Below, piece after piece: positions 10,275 to 19,927 of a DNA stretch of 64,000 nt. The number at the start of each line of letters is the position of its first letter. The first letter of the stretch is position 1. A program made the translations under genes and the position numbers. The DNA comes from an uncultured Gammaproteobacteria bacterium (GTDB lineage: Bacteria > Patescibacteriota > Microgenomatia > JALYQM01). The DNA lies in assembly GCA_964535655.1 (NCBI GenBank), contig CAZHTP010000004.1, positions 75,108 through 139,107 of the forward strand, read 5' to 3'. The notes under the pieces were generated by a model that saw only the letters and a program-made list of their open reading frames with translations, did not search any database and was not told where the DNA came from.

Positions 10275-10353
10275 TTGTAGAAGATTTTACTATATTTTCG
10301 ATGATTTGTCAGATTTTGCGGTATAATGAACTTAAATTGATAGGAGAGTTTTT

Positions 10354-11556
10354 ATGTATAAACCAAGTGATGAAACGTTGCAGAAATATGCAGACTTGTT
10401 AATTAAATTTGCGTTAGGTGGAGGAAAAGGTGTTAAAAAGGGTGAGGTTGTCTTTATGACAATTCCTGAGTCGGCAAAAGATTTTATTGCCCCTCTTCGT
10501 CGATCGGTGCTTTCTGCTGGTGCTCATCCACTCTTTCACTATCTTCCCGATGATGTTCAGGCGCGCGAATTTTACGAGTTGGCAAATGATTCTCAACTTA
10601 CTTTTTTTGCAGATAAAATGTACCGAGGAATAGTTGAACAAGCTGATCATACACTCCGTATGTTATCTGAATATGATAAATATGAATTTAAGGGTGTGGA
10701 TAGTAAAAAATTAATGAAATATAGTAAAGCACAAAAGCCGTATACCGATTGGAGATTTGAAAAAGAGAATAAAGGGAAATTGACGTGGGTGCTTGCCAGT
10801 TACGGAACAGAGGCAATGGCAAAGGATGTGGGAATGTCGCTTGAAGCGTATTGGGATCAGATTATTAAAGCTTGTTATTTAGATTTAGATGATCCAATTG
10901 CGCGATGGAAGGAGATTTTTAAAGAGCAGGAACGGCTGAAGAAAATACTGAGTGATATGAAAATTGAACAGTTACATGTTGAGGGCGAGCGTACTGATTT
11001 GTGGATTAAACTTGGGGCAACACGGAAATGGCTTGGTGGATCTGGGCGTAATATTCCTTCTTTTGAACTTTTTGTCTCGCCCGACTGGCGTGGTACTAAC
11101 GGGAAAATATATTTTAATCAGCCATTGTATCGGTATGGTAATAGGATCAGGGATATAACTTTGCAGTTTAAAGATGGGGTAATAGTTGAAGCAACAGCAA
11201 GTGAAAATCAACAGTTATTGCGAGATATGATCGCTGTTGCTAACGCGGATAAAATCGGTGAATATTCGTTAACCGACGGTAGAATGTCTCGCATTACCCG
11301 TTTGATGGGTGAGACATTGTTTGATGAAAATTTTGGTGGAGAGCAGGGTAATACTCACTTAGCGGTGGGAATGGCCTATAAGGATTCGTATGTTGGAGAG
11401 ATGGCGCTGGTAACTCCAGAAGAATGGAGTGAGATGGGGTTTAACGATAGTGCTATTCATACGGATATTATTTCTACTGAGAAACGAACTGTAACGGCAA
11501 CTTTGCCTGATGGGTCGATAAAGGTTATCTATACTGATGGAAAATTTGTAGTTTAA
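10354..11556 (+). CDS. Aminopeptidase, M29 (AmpS/PepS/aminopeptidase T) family
   Basis: 400 aa. N-terminus MYKPSDETLQKYADLLIKFALGGGKGVKKGEVV matches the M29 family start. GGAGAG RBS 7 nt upstream. Confidence 0.7.
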   Translation: MYKPSDETLQKYADLLIKFALGGGKGVKKGEVVFMTIPESAKDFIAPLRRSVLSAGAHPLFHYLPDDVQAREFYELANDSQLTFFADKMYRGIVEQADHTLRMLSEYDKYEFKGVDSKKLMKYSKAQKPYTDWRFEKENKGKLTWVLASYGTEAMAKDVGMSLEAYWDQIIKACYLDLDDPIARWKEIFKEQERLKKILSDMKIEQLHVEGERTDLWIKLGATRKWLGGSGRNIPSFELFVSPDWRGTNGKIYFNQPLYRYGNRIRDITLQFKDGVIVEATASENQQLLRDMIAVANADKIGEYSLTDGRMSRITRLMGETLFDENFGGEQGNTHLAVGMAYKDSYVGEMALVTPEEWSEMGFNDSAIHTDIISTEKRTVTATLPDGSIKVIYTDGKFVV

Positions 11557-11573
11557 ATTCCTTTGATATGTTT

Positions 11574-11664
11574 TACGTCGACACGCTTAACGCTTCGCTT
11601 TGCTCTGCGTTTAGAAGCTCCACTCTGCCATTCGCGGTTTGGCAGAGAGGGTCGACTTAAAAAC
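11574..11664. repeat. Intergenic structured repeat, copy B (see copy A at 2031-2117)
   Basis: Same core sequence as copy A. The internal hairpin here is ctctgcc/ggcagag, a different sequence from copy A with preserved pairing. Flanked by the palindrome GTCGAC…GTCGAC. Confidence 0.5.
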
Positions 11665-11678
11665 ATGCTTTCAGGAAT

Positions 11679-12980
11679 TTATATATTGTCTTGAATAGAT
11701 TTCCAAATTTTCTCTACTCCGTGAGGAGATAGTTCTTCGGTTTCGGTGTATGTTTTGTAGTTTTGCATAGCTAGAAATATTCCTGCTTTAAACGCATTGG
11801 TTAAAAATTGTGCGGCTTTAATTGGGTTGACGGGTAGTTGTAACGCTCGCCAGCTATGTGCTTCATTTTTGAACGGACCGGGTGTTAATGGGCATTGCGT
11901 AGTGCAGAGGTATTCGTTTAATTGCTGTTGCCTTTCGTCGTTGGGTAAAAAGCCAAAACGCTTTAAGTAATTAAGATTATCGTATTCCTGACGTCCAACC
12001 GGTTCGGATAAGAGTAAGATTGGACCTCCTATGGTATCCGGGGTTGTTAAAACTTTAAAGCATTGTTCGGATGGCTTGGTTATTTCGAGTGACGGCGGAT
12101 TGAGTTGCTCAAAGAGTTTATCGTAGAGTTGGACTGTTTGAAAATCGTTTGCGCCAATATGAAAAACTACTTCGGGATTATCTCGAAAATACTCTATAAA
12201 CGGCTTAGTGTAATTGCCTTCTCTTGTTGTTATTGAAAATTTAAATTCGCGATGCTTGATTCTAATTTTTTCACTGGTTAATTCGTCGATTAGTGTTTTG
12301 TAATAAGCCAGTTGGACTGCTGCACCGCTTATTGGAATGCTGATTCTCGCTTTTTGTGGGTTTTGGGGTGTTACTTGTTCTACTTTGTTATATAAAATTG
12401 GTGGATCTAGTTTTTGAAAGTATTTTGGGCTAATAGGATATGGAGTAACTACAATATTAGGAACTGAGAGGTGCTCGTCTTTAAATAATGTGTTTAATTT
12501 ATTTTTAGTTTGTTTGCTCGGGACAAAAATAGTATCTGCTTCGACCATCCAAAATCTTTGAGGTGAATCATCGGTTACGATTACAGCATGAAATATCGGG
12601 ATTGGGATTTTTTTATGTCGAATTATACGGGCAATTTTTTGAGCAATAAAAGCGTGCGTAGAGACGATAACTAGTTTGTCAGGATTATCGGTAGCAATTA
12701 TTTTTTGGATCTGATTAATTGTTTCTTCGATTTTTTGCACTTGCATGTAGGTTAGAAGCGGCGTAACTATTTTTTCTGCGGTGGAGTTGGTTTGGGTAAA
12801 TTCCAGTATTTTCCTTAAATAGTAATTAGTGCTGATGAGGTGATAGATAAAAGATATTGATTCGTCCTGAATTCCCATGATGTGAGCATTTGTACCTTCG
12901 GGAAGTCCTGCAAGTAAGGCGTTCGTAACTCTAATATGGCCTAGGCCGGTGGGTGCGGTGGTAATGATTATAGCGGGCAT
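11679..12980 (-). CDS. GT-B fold glycosyltransferase, GT28/MGDG-synthase-like (possible glycolipid synthase)
   Basis: N-terminal glycine-rich TAPTGLGHI resembles the GT28 (MurG/UgtP) G-loop. C-terminal …SEPVGRQEYDNLNYLKRFGF resembles the GT-B donor-binding helix. No exact family match possible by eye. Confidence 0.4.
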   Translation of the reverse strand: MPAIIITTAPTGLGHIRVTNALLAGLPEGTNAHIMGIQDESISFIYHLISTNYYLRKILEFTQTNSTAEKIVTPLLTYMQVQKIEETINQIQKIIATDNPDKLVIVSTHAFIAQKIARIIRHKKIPIPIFHAVIVTDDSPQRFWMVEADTIFVPSKQTKNKLNTLFKDEHLSVPNIVVTPYPISPKYFQKLDPPILYNKVEQVTPQNPQKARISIPISGAAVQLAYYKTLIDELTSEKIRIKHREFKFSITTREGNYTKPFIEYFRDNPEVVFHIGANDFQTVQLYDKLFEQLNPPSLEITKPSEQCFKVLTTPDTIGGPILLLSEPVGRQEYDNLNYLKRFGFLPNDERQQQLNEYLCTTQCPLTPGPFKNEAHSWRALQLPVNPIKAAQFLTNAFKAGIFLAMQNYKTYTETEELSPHGVEKIWKSIQDNI

Positions 12981-13078
12981 GGTATTAGTATAGCGGCTAT
13001 TTTATTGATGTTGCTAGATACCTCTATATTGTAGGACTTATTGCTTCGGTTTTTCGGACATGCTACAGTGGAGTAACT

Positions 13079-13543
13079 ATGATATTTCTCGGCGCTGATC
13101 ATGCAGGATTTGAAACTAAGGATTTAATTAAAGAATTATTGCATCAGATTGAAGTACCGTTTGAAGATCTTGGTGCTGAAGTGCTTCTTCCCGGTGATGA
13201 TTACGTTGACTATGCACAGCGAGTTGCGGTACGTGTTGCTAGGGGTTTTGGGTTGGGGATTTTAATTTGTGATACGGGAATTGGAATGGCGATGGCCGCT
13301 AATAAAATAAAAGGGGTTCGAGCTGCTTTATGCACGTCAACTTTTATGGCTCAACGCTCTAAAGAACATGAGAACGCAAATGTTCTTGCTCTTGGTGCTG
13401 CAGTTAATTCTCCTGTTGAAATAAATGAAATTGTACGTATTTGGCTTGATACTCAGTTTAGTGGTGATGAACGCCATATTCGACGATTAAAAAAGGTCGA
13501 GATGGTCGAAAAGGTATTGAAATTAGATCAACTTGCGGCATAA
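13079..13543 (+). CDS. rpiB: Ribose-5-phosphate isomerase B
   Basis: MIFLGADHAGFETKDLI… and GILICDTGIGMAMAANKIKGVRAALC are hallmark RpiB/LacAB motifs. 154 aa. Confidence 0.85.
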   Translation: MIFLGADHAGFETKDLIKELLHQIEVPFEDLGAEVLLPGDDYVDYAQRVAVRVARGFGLGILICDTGIGMAMAANKIKGVRAALCTSTFMAQRSKEHENANVLALGAAVNSPVEINEIVRIWLDTQFSGDERHIRRLKKVEMVEKVLKLDQLAA

Positions 13544-13549
13544 TGAGGT

Positions 13550-14182
13550 ATGATTGTTTTTCCCGGTGTAATTTCTCACACTAAAGAATCTTTTTTAGCT
13601 CGCCTTGAAGAGATAAGAGATATTGGCGATGGTGTTCATGTAGATTTTGCCGATGGTCTGTATGTTCCTAATACCTTACTTGCATTGAGTGAAATTGGAA
13701 AACTGCCAAATGATCGGTTTTTTGAAGCGCATTTAATGGTAAATAATCCTAGTACATATTTTGAACTTTGCAAGCAGGTTGGATTTAAACGAGTTCTGGT
13801 TCATTTTGACTCACTTGTTTTGGATACTTACTCGGAAGTTTTGTTAGTACAGGATTCTGTTCATAAGTTAGGAATGGAATTCTGCCTAGTATTTACTCAG
13901 CAAGATCCGGTAGAATTACATGAAGACCTCTGTAAATTTGATCAGGTTATGATAATGCCTATTATCCCTGGATTTTCTGGTCAAAAATTTATTCCTGAAC
14001 AAGTTGAAGAGGTGAAAAAAATTCGTGCATTTTGTCCGAATTTACCAATTGAGATAGATGGGCATGTTGATGAAATAACGATTGAACCCTTGCGAGCAGT
14101 GGGTGCCACGCATGTTGTTAGCACCTCGTATCTTAGTGGCAGTGATTTATCTATTCGTTACAAAAAATTAAAGGGTGAATAA
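13550..14182 (+). CDS. rpe: Ribulose-phosphate 3-epimerase
   Basis: HVDFADGLYVPN matches the Rpe HvDvMDGhFVPN box. MPIIPGFSGQKFIPE matches the M(S)VnPGFgGQkFip box. 210 aa. 6 nt after rpiB. Confidence 0.65.
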   Translation: MIVFPGVISHTKESFLARLEEIRDIGDGVHVDFADGLYVPNTLLALSEIGKLPNDRFFEAHLMVNNPSTYFELCKQVGFKRVLVHFDSLVLDTYSEVLLVQDSVHKLGMEFCLVFTQQDPVELHEDLCKFDQVMIMPIIPGFSGQKFIPEQVEEVKKIRAFCPNLPIEIDGHVDEITIEPLRAVGATHVVSTSYLSGSDLSIRYKKLKGE

Positions 14183-14184
14183 GT

Positions 14185-14847
14185 ATGGCGATTAAATTAA
14201 ATAATGTGGCAAAAAAGAAGACTTTTCCATCAGCTAAAGTAGAGAGAGTAGCCTTTTTTGGGTTTGCAGACTCCACGCGAAGTGACCCAGAATATAAGTT
14301 TGCATATGAGACAGCACAACTTGTAGCTGAAGCAGGGTATACCGTGGTTGATGGTGGCGGTCCTGGCGTGATGGAAGCCGCTTCCCGCGGGGCTAAGGCA
14401 GGGAATGGGCGCACGATTGGTGTTACGTTTTACCCACAAAACGCGGTTAATTTTGAAGGGAAGGCAACAACTAATATTATTGATGAGGAGATTGTTACCA
14501 AAAACTATCTTGAGCGTACTCTTCGATTACTCGAATATGGTCAAGTCTATATGATTTTTAATGGAGGGACGGGAACGATTAGTGAATTTGCGATGGCGTG
14601 GGGTATGGCTCGTTTGTATTTTGGTCATCATAAACCGCTTATTTTGTGTGGTAAGCATTGGTATGAGATCGTAGCGGCTTTTACTCGTAATATGAAGATT
14701 CGTGATGAAGAGTTAAATGTTTTTACGATTGTTGATTCTCCGAGTGAAGCTTTGAGTGAGCTTAAGGCGTTTGACTTAGATTTGGCGGGAACGCGGCTTG
14801 AATGGGATCGGGAGATTGATGAAAATGAGAAGCCGTTTGTGTTATAA
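14185..14847 (+). CDS. LOG family protein (TIGR00730; cytokinin riboside 5'-monophosphate phosphoribohydrolase-like)
   Basis: GGGPGVMEA motif and downstream GVTFY…/…FNGGTGTISE Rossmann elements typical of the LOG/YvdD family. Confidence 0.75.
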   Translation: MAIKLNNVAKKKTFPSAKVERVAFFGFADSTRSDPEYKFAYETAQLVAEAGYTVVDGGGPGVMEAASRGAKAGNGRTIGVTFYPQNAVNFEGKATTNIIDEEIVTKNYLERTLRLLEYGQVYMIFNGGTGTISEFAMAWGMARLYFGHHKPLILCGKHWYEIVAAFTRNMKIRDEELNVFTIVDSPSEALSELKAFDLDLAGTRLEWDREIDENEKPFVL

Positions 14848-14985
14848 CTAGTTATAAATTTTATTGTCGAAAGCAGTTCAAAACCTTTTTGCGATCTTTT
14901 TCTTTGCTCCCCGCTTCGCTCAGCGTCGGGCAATTTATGCCCTCCTAAGTCGCACGAAAAAGGATCGCTGCAGCGGTTTTGAACT
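14848..14985 (+). other. Structured non-coding leader upstream of the aldolase gene (nested long-range hairpins)
   Basis: gttcaaaacc(14867-14876) pairs with ggttttgaac(14972-14981). Nested gcgatc/gatcgc and ttttt/aaaaa pairs lie inside it, with an inner gggca-attta-tgccc hairpin. See findings. Confidence 0.3.
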
Positions 14986-15987
14986 TTGTTAAGGATTTTT
15001 ATGAAATTACGAACAACTTCTGCTATGAAAAAGCAGCGAATACACAATTTGGTTAATGAAAAAGGTGTTGTGGCGGCGATGGCGATAGATCAGCGAGGGT
15101 CTCTCGCTAAAATGCTTGGTGCGGCTCTTGGTCATGCCGCATCACAGCAAGACGTTGAGTTATTTAAAAAGGTCTGTGTTGAGGTACTTACTCCATATGC
15201 GAGTGCAGTACTTCTGGATTCGGAGTTTGGCATGCCGGCTTTGAAAGCTAAAGCCGAAAATACTGGTGTTTTACTCGCGTATGAAAAAACCGGATATGAT
15301 GCGACGGTGAAGGGGCGCCTACCAGATTTACTTGATGGTTATTCGGCTTCTCGTTTGCGAGATGAAGGTGCGGATGCTGTGAAGCTTTTGGTGTACTATG
15401 ATTCTTTTGATTCTGAATATGTAAACGCTATCAAAAAAGATTTTATCCGTACGATTGGAGAAGAGTGTGAGCGGGAAGAGATGCCGTATTTCTTGGAGAT
15501 TGTTTCTTATTCCGATGTGCTTGGCGATGTTAAGACACTTGCTTTTGCAAAAGAGAAACCTCGATTGGTAAAAGAATATATGCGTGAATTTTCTAAAGAA
15601 GAGTATAAGGTGGATGTACTAAAGGTTGAAATGCCTTTTAATGCACTTTTTGTGGAAGGAATAGGTAGTGAGCCGGAGTTTGCTTATACTCGTGATGAAG
15701 CGCTTGCTATCACGCGTGATGTTGTGACTGCGTCGGAGGTTCCTTTCATTTATTTGAGTGCGGGGGTTACGATTGACCAGTTCTTATCTTCACTTGATTT
15801 AGTCGCTGAAGCAGAAGTTCCGTATTCAGGTGTACTTTGCGGCCGCGCGACTTGGCAAAATGGAGTAAACGCTTTTGGTAAAGGTGGCGAAGAAGGTCTG
15901 CGCACCTGGCTTTTGGATGAAGGTGTCCGGAATATTAACGCAGTTAATGATCGATTGGCAAAAGGTGCCGTACGCATTGAACTTTAA
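14986..15987 (+). CDS. Class I aldolase of the LacD/DhnA family (tagatose/fructose-bisphosphate aldolase)
   Basis: AMAIDQRGSL matches the LacD ALAFDQRGAL motif. 333 aa fits LacD (about 326 aa). Archaeal/firmicute-type class I FBA. Confidence 0.6.
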   Translation: MLRIFMKLRTTSAMKKQRIHNLVNEKGVVAAMAIDQRGSLAKMLGAALGHAASQQDVELFKKVCVEVLTPYASAVLLDSEFGMPALKAKAENTGVLLAYEKTGYDATVKGRLPDLLDGYSASRLRDEGADAVKLLVYYDSFDSEYVNAIKKDFIRTIGEECEREEMPYFLEIVSYSDVLGDVKTLAFAKEKPRLVKEYMREFSKEEYKVDVLKVEMPFNALFVEGIGSEPEFAYTRDEALAITRDVVTASEVPFIYLSAGVTIDQFLSSLDLVAEAEVPYSGVLCGRATWQNGVNAFGKGGEEGLRTWLLDEGVRNINAVNDRLAKGAVRIEL

Positions 15988-16031
15988 TCGATAAGGAAAA
16001 GGAAGAAAAATCCTGCGCTCAAAAGAGGTTT

Positions 16032-16565
16032 GTGTTTTTTAACATGGCATGCTATGTTTTGACTATGGTTATTTTAGGAATTGATCCCGGTATAGCAACA
16101 ACAGGATGGGGAGTTGTTGAAAAAGGTGGGAAAGCATGGGTAAAAGGTACGGATATGATCATGCTTGATTATGGCTGTGTCATAACCGAGCCTAAGGATA
16201 CGTTACAGGAGCGATTAATGCTTTTGTATAAGGGTATAAGCGAGCTGCTTCGAGAATATTCACCTGATGCGTTTGTTGTTGAAGAATTGTTTTTTAACAC
16301 GAATGTAACAACGGGAATTACCGTTGGACAGGCTCGTGGAGTAATCCTGCTGGCTGCAGCCCATTTTAATGTGCCGTATTTTGAGTACACTCCTTTGCAG
16401 GTAAAGATGTCTTTAACCGGTTATGGTCGAGCCGAAAAGAAGCAGATGCAAAAAATGGTGCAGATGATTTTTGGATTAGCTGAGATTCCCAGACCAGATG
16501 ATGCGGCCGATGCTCTCGCGATTGCCTACTGTCACGGGGTGAGTGCAAGAACCGTAGTACTTTGA
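16032..16565 (+). CDS. ruvC: Holliday junction resolvase RuvC (probable true start at ATG 16065)
   Basis: MVILGIDPGIATTGWGVV is the canonical RuvC N-terminus (catalytic Asp in IDPG). C-terminal …DDAADALAIAYCH is conserved. Confidence 0.85.
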   Translation: MFFNMACYVLTMVILGIDPGIATTGWGVVEKGGKAWVKGTDMIMLDYGCVITEPKDTLQERLMLLYKGISELLREYSPDAFVVEELFFNTNVTTGITVGQARGVILLAAAHFNVPYFEYTPLQVKMSLTGYGRAEKKQMQKMVQMIFGLAEIPRPDDAADALAIAYCHGVSARTVVL

Positions 16566-16624
16566 GTTTTGGGTTTCATTTGTATTATTCTTTTTTGTGT
16601 GATATGTATGTAGTATAGCCAATT

Positions 16625-17215
16625 ATGATTGTCTTTTTGCAGGGTACAGTTGATTCTATTAACGCACACTCTCTTTTTATTGATGTGCTTGGTATTGGAT
16701 ATGAGGTATGGGTTCCTGTATCTGTATTGTCTCGTGTTCAAACAGGCTCTTCAGTAAAAATTTATACGTATCAACATGTCAGGGAAGATGATCTGCGGCT
16801 CTTTGGTTTTTTAGAAAACATTGATCTTGAAATATTTAAATTATTAATTGGAGTGAATGGTATTGGACCTAAAGCAGGGCTTTCTATTTTATCCGCTTAT
16901 TCCGGCGAAGATGTCATTGCCGCAATTAATCGGGAAGATGATCGATTATTTGCCAGTGTTTCTGGTATTGGGAAAAAAGGTGCGGCAAAAATTGTTATTG
17001 AATTAAAGGGAAAGGTTTCTGAGATGGGGCGTGGTTTGCGATCGATAGGCGTGCAGGAAAGTTTGGTTTCTACTTCAACTAATGATTTAGTTGATGCTCT
17101 CGTGAGTTTAGGATACTCTGAGAAAGAGATATATTTACATATCAAGTCTATAGATCAAAGTTTGACTTTGAATGAACAGTTAAAGTTGGCGCTTGGGCTT
17201 TTAGCTAAGCGTTAG
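16625..17215 (+). CDS. ruvA: Holliday junction branch migration protein RuvA
   Basis: MIVFLQGTV… start. HhH motifs (LIGVNGIGPKAGLSIL; VSGIGKKGAAKIVIELK). C-terminal domain III. 196 aa. Confidence 0.85.
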   Translation: MIVFLQGTVDSINAHSLFIDVLGIGYEVWVPVSVLSRVQTGSSVKIYTYQHVREDDLRLFGFLENIDLEIFKLLIGVNGIGPKAGLSILSAYSGEDVIAAINREDDRLFASVSGIGKKGAAKIVIELKGKVSEMGRGLRSIGVQESLVSTSTNDLVDALVSLGYSEKEIYLHIKSIDQSLTLNEQLKLALGLLAKR

Positions 17216-17242
17216 AAACGTAATTAATACTAAGGAGTATTT

Positions 17243-17848
17243 ATGACAGATTTTTCAAGTGAATATGAACATACCCAGATGGTAGAAAGCTCTATTGGGA
17301 ATTATTTAACTCCCGGTGAATTGGTATATGGGGAGAAAATGATTGGATTGCCTTCTCGTGCTGAGAGGGAGATGGTTCCCTTTGGAGAATTATCGTTAGC
17401 GGAGCAAATAATGACTGTAGATCGTGTAGGTTCACTTTTGGATAAGGCGGGTGTCACATACTCCGCATGTGGAGTGAGTGCAACTTCCATGACGCGAGCT
17501 GAAATAGGGGTTTATACGAGTGATGACCCAGTATTTACTATTCCCAATAGACGTATGGTGCAGGATAGAGCTGCAATACATTTATATAAAACATTTCAAC
17601 GAACTCAAGGAGGTACTTTTTTAGGAGGGGTTGAAGGTGTAGGCGCTACCGTTAATGATTTCTCCGGTATTCATTTGGAGCGAAAGGGTGAAGATGTTTA
17701 TATGATCGGTGAATCGACCCAGGGTGGCATAGACGGATTTTTTCGCAAGCATAAAGGTTTATTGAAAGATGTTACGTATGATGCTCGAGATGGACTAAAA
17801 GGCACTACATTGAATGGTTATGCTGTGCGTATTTCGGTAAAGCATTAA
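17243..17848 (+). CDS. Hypothetical protein inserted between ruvA and ruvB
   Basis: 201 aa, no recognisable motif. GGAG RBS upstream. 3-nt gap to ruvB, so in operon. Confidence 0.5.
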   Translation: MTDFSSEYEHTQMVESSIGNYLTPGELVYGEKMIGLPSRAEREMVPFGELSLAEQIMTVDRVGSLLDKAGVTYSACGVSATSMTRAEIGVYTSDDPVFTIPNRRMVQDRAAIHLYKTFQRTQGGTFLGGVEGVGATVNDFSGIHLERKGEDVYMIGESTQGGIDGFFRKHKGLLKDVTYDARDGLKGTTLNGYAVRISVKH

Positions 17849-17851
17849 CTT

Positions 17852-18838
17852 ATGTCAACAATAATTTCTTCAAAAGCTGAAAATAACGATGATGAGCAAT
17901 TAGATTTATCTTTACGCCCCAAAAAACTTGATGAGTATATTGGGCAAGAGAAGATGAAGGAGAATCTTATTATATCGTTAGAAGCCGCGCGTCAGCGTGG
18001 TGACCCGTTGGATCATTTGCTATTTTATGGTCCTCCGGGGCTTGGTAAAACGACGATTTCCCATGTTATTGCCAATGAAATGGGAGTATCGATTCGGGTT
18101 ACATCAGGACCGGCTATAGAGCGGGCAGGCGACTTGGCATCGATTTTAACCAACTTGCAGCCTGGAGATATTTTGTTTATTGATGAAATTCATCGGTTGA
18201 ACCGAGTGGTAGAAGAAGTGCTTTATCCTGCTATGGAAGACTTTGCTTTAGATATTGTTATTGGTAAGGGGCCGTCGGCACGTAGTGTTCGATTGGATTT
18301 GCCTAAATTTACGATTATTGGTGCGACGACACGAGTAGGTCTTTTATCTTCGCCACTTCGTGATCGCTTTGGGATTATTCATCGGCTTGAGTATTATAGT
18401 GACGATGCTCTGTTTAAAATAGTTGTTCGCGCATCTGATGTATTGGGAGTTGTGATTGATCACAATGCAGCAAAAGAACTTGCCAAACGCAGTCGCGGAA
18501 CTCCGCGTATTGCGAATAGATTGTTAAAACGGGTGCGGGATTTTGTGCAAGTGAGGCGTGAGGGTAAGGATATTGATATTCACATTGTTCGGGATGCTTT
18601 GCAGATGCTTGATGTTGATGAGCATGGTATGGATGCGAGCGACAGGCGAGTGCTTGAAACGATTCAAAAAAAGTTTGGTGGTGGGCCAGTTGGTATTGAA
18701 ACCTTGGCAGCGGCTTTGTCGGAGGATGTGGGCACAGTGGAAGATGTGCTGGAACCGTTTTTGTTGCAAAAAGGATTTTTACAACGGACTCCACGGGGGA
18801 GAGTGATTACGGATTCTGGAAAAAAGCATGTAGGGTAG
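17852..18838 (+). CDS. ruvB: Holliday junction ATP-dependent DNA helicase RuvB
   Basis: Walker [10 protein letters not shown]; Walker [11 protein letters not shown]; sensor and winged-helix C-terminus. 328 aa. Confidence 0.9.
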   Translation: MSTIISSKAENNDDEQLDLSLRPKKLDEYIGQEKMKENLIISLEAARQRGDPLDHLLFYGPPGLGKTTISHVIANEMGVSIRVTSGPAIERAGDLASILTNLQPGDILFIDEIHRLNRVVEEVLYPAMEDFALDIVIGKGPSARSVRLDLPKFTIIGATTRVGLLSSPLRDRFGIIHRLEYYSDDALFKIVVRASDVLGVVIDHNAAKELAKRSRGTPRIANRLLKRVRDFVQVRREGKDIDIHIVRDALQMLDVDEHGMDASDRRVLETIQKKFGGGPVGIETLAAALSEDVGTVEDVLEPFLLQKGFLQRTPRGRVITDSGKKHVG

Positions 18839-18903
18839 GAAAACCTTGATTAGGGACGAAATAGTAGTAGAATTGGCACAGTTGAGTTTATAGGAGGTGT
18901 TTT

Positions 18904-19218
18904 ATGGTTGAAGTAAACAGTTCTTTGCAGACCGAGCATCAAGGCGGGGGTGTAAAAAGTGGCCGAACTTTTAGAAGAATTAGAGGAATTGCTTTGCTTG
19001 CTTATGCTCTTGCAGGCTGTGGTGATACTGGACCTGATAAGCCAATGGCGGTGCCGACTTTTGTTCCAACTTTGACAGCACGTGAGTTGTGTTTTTATAA
19101 GCGTGCTGGAGAAAGTGATGAACAAGCTATTTCTGATGGAGGACCAGTTAACGGAAGGTGTGAGAGTGCTGATTCTGGGTGGCAGTTTGTTGGTATAAAA
19201 ACAGAATACGGAAAGTAA
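18904..19218 (+). CDS. Small putative lipoprotein
   Basis: RR-containing n-region plus hydrophobic core, then lipobox LAGC (…[20 protein letters not shown]…). Four Cys. Locally higher G+C. Confidence 0.4.
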   Translation: MVEVNSSLQTEHQGGGVKSGRTFRRIRGIALLAYALAGCGDTGPDKPMAVPTFVPTLTARELCFYKRAGESDEQAISDGGPVNGRCESADSGWQFVGIKTEYGK

Positions 19219-19295
19219 GATCTTTAATGATCGACAAGCTGTGTGGCATCAGGTACAATTTGCTTGTTATTAAAAGATTAGCGGGAGGAAATTTT

Positions 19296-19814
19296 ATGTC
19301 TGGAGTATTGTCACTTGGACCGTGGAACAAGGAAGAGAAAAAGATTGTAAACGTATTTATTGAAATACCTCAAGGTGGGTCAATTAAATATGAGTTAGAT
19401 AAAGATTCGGGAGTTGTGTTTGTTGATCGATTTTTGTACACTTCAATGTCGTATCCGTTTAACTATGGATTTATTCCGGGAACTTTGGCTGATGACGGGG
19501 ATCCACTTGATGTGTTGGTATTGTCGGATAAATCGGTTGTGCCGGGTGTAGTTATTCCATCGGTTGTGATTGGTATGCTTGAGATGGAAGACGAAGAAGG
19601 AATTGATACTAAACTCGTTGCTGTTCCTACTGCAAAAATTGATCCGGTATATGGCGTGTATAAAGATATTGCCGAGCTTCCGGATGCTGTGAAGAATAAG
19701 ATGAAACATTTCTTTGAACACTATAAGGAGCTTGAGCCTGGTAAGTGGATAAAGATTAAGGATTGGAAAGGTGTAGATGTTGCTTTGGACGAGATTAAAA
19801 AGGGAATTAAGTAA
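19296..19814 (+). CDS. ppa: Inorganic pyrophosphatase, family I
   Basis: …[55 protein letters not shown] contains the family I PPase signature (DxDPxD region). Start chosen at ATG 19296 with a GGAGGAA RBS; the track ORF from 19179 is over-extended. Confidence 0.85.
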   Translation: MSGVLSLGPWNKEEKKIVNVFIEIPQGGSIKYELDKDSGVVFVDRFLYTSMSYPFNYGFIPGTLADDGDPLDVLVLSDKSVVPGVVIPSVVIGMLEMEDEEGIDTKLVAVPTAKIDPVYGVYKDIAELPDAVKNKMKHFFEHYKELEPGKWIKIKDWKGVDVALDEIKKGIK

Positions 19815-19830
19815 GTAATGTGAATTCGTG

Positions 19831-19870
19831 AAAAAGGATAGTGTTATTTTGTAGCGCTATCCTTTTTTTG
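19831..19870 (+). terminator. Rho-independent terminator after ppa
   Basis: Stem aaggatag/ctatcctt (8 bp) around a 15-nt loop, followed by TTTTTTTG. Confidence 0.6.
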
Positions 19871-19885
19871 TGCTTACCCTTTATT

Positions 19886-19915
19886 TTGGCCATTTCGTTT
19901 TGATCCTGTTATAAT
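19886..19915 (+). promoter_or_regulatory. Sigma70-like promoter for the GT2 gene (TTGGCC-N18-TATAAT), near-leaderless
   Basis: -35 TTGGCC at 19886-19891, 18-nt spacer, perfect -10 TATAAT at 19910-19915, 12 nt before ATG 19928. Confidence 0.35.
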
Positions 19916-19927
19916 TACTATGATTTT

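Noticed and set aside
18414-18806. Overlapping ORFs of 81-126 aa on both strands inside ruvB (18414-18794, 18524-18769, 18558-18806)
   Set aside because: They sit within the highly conserved RuvB C-terminal coding region. They are His/Gln/Cys-rich low-complexity translations and artefacts of a locally GC-richer stretch.
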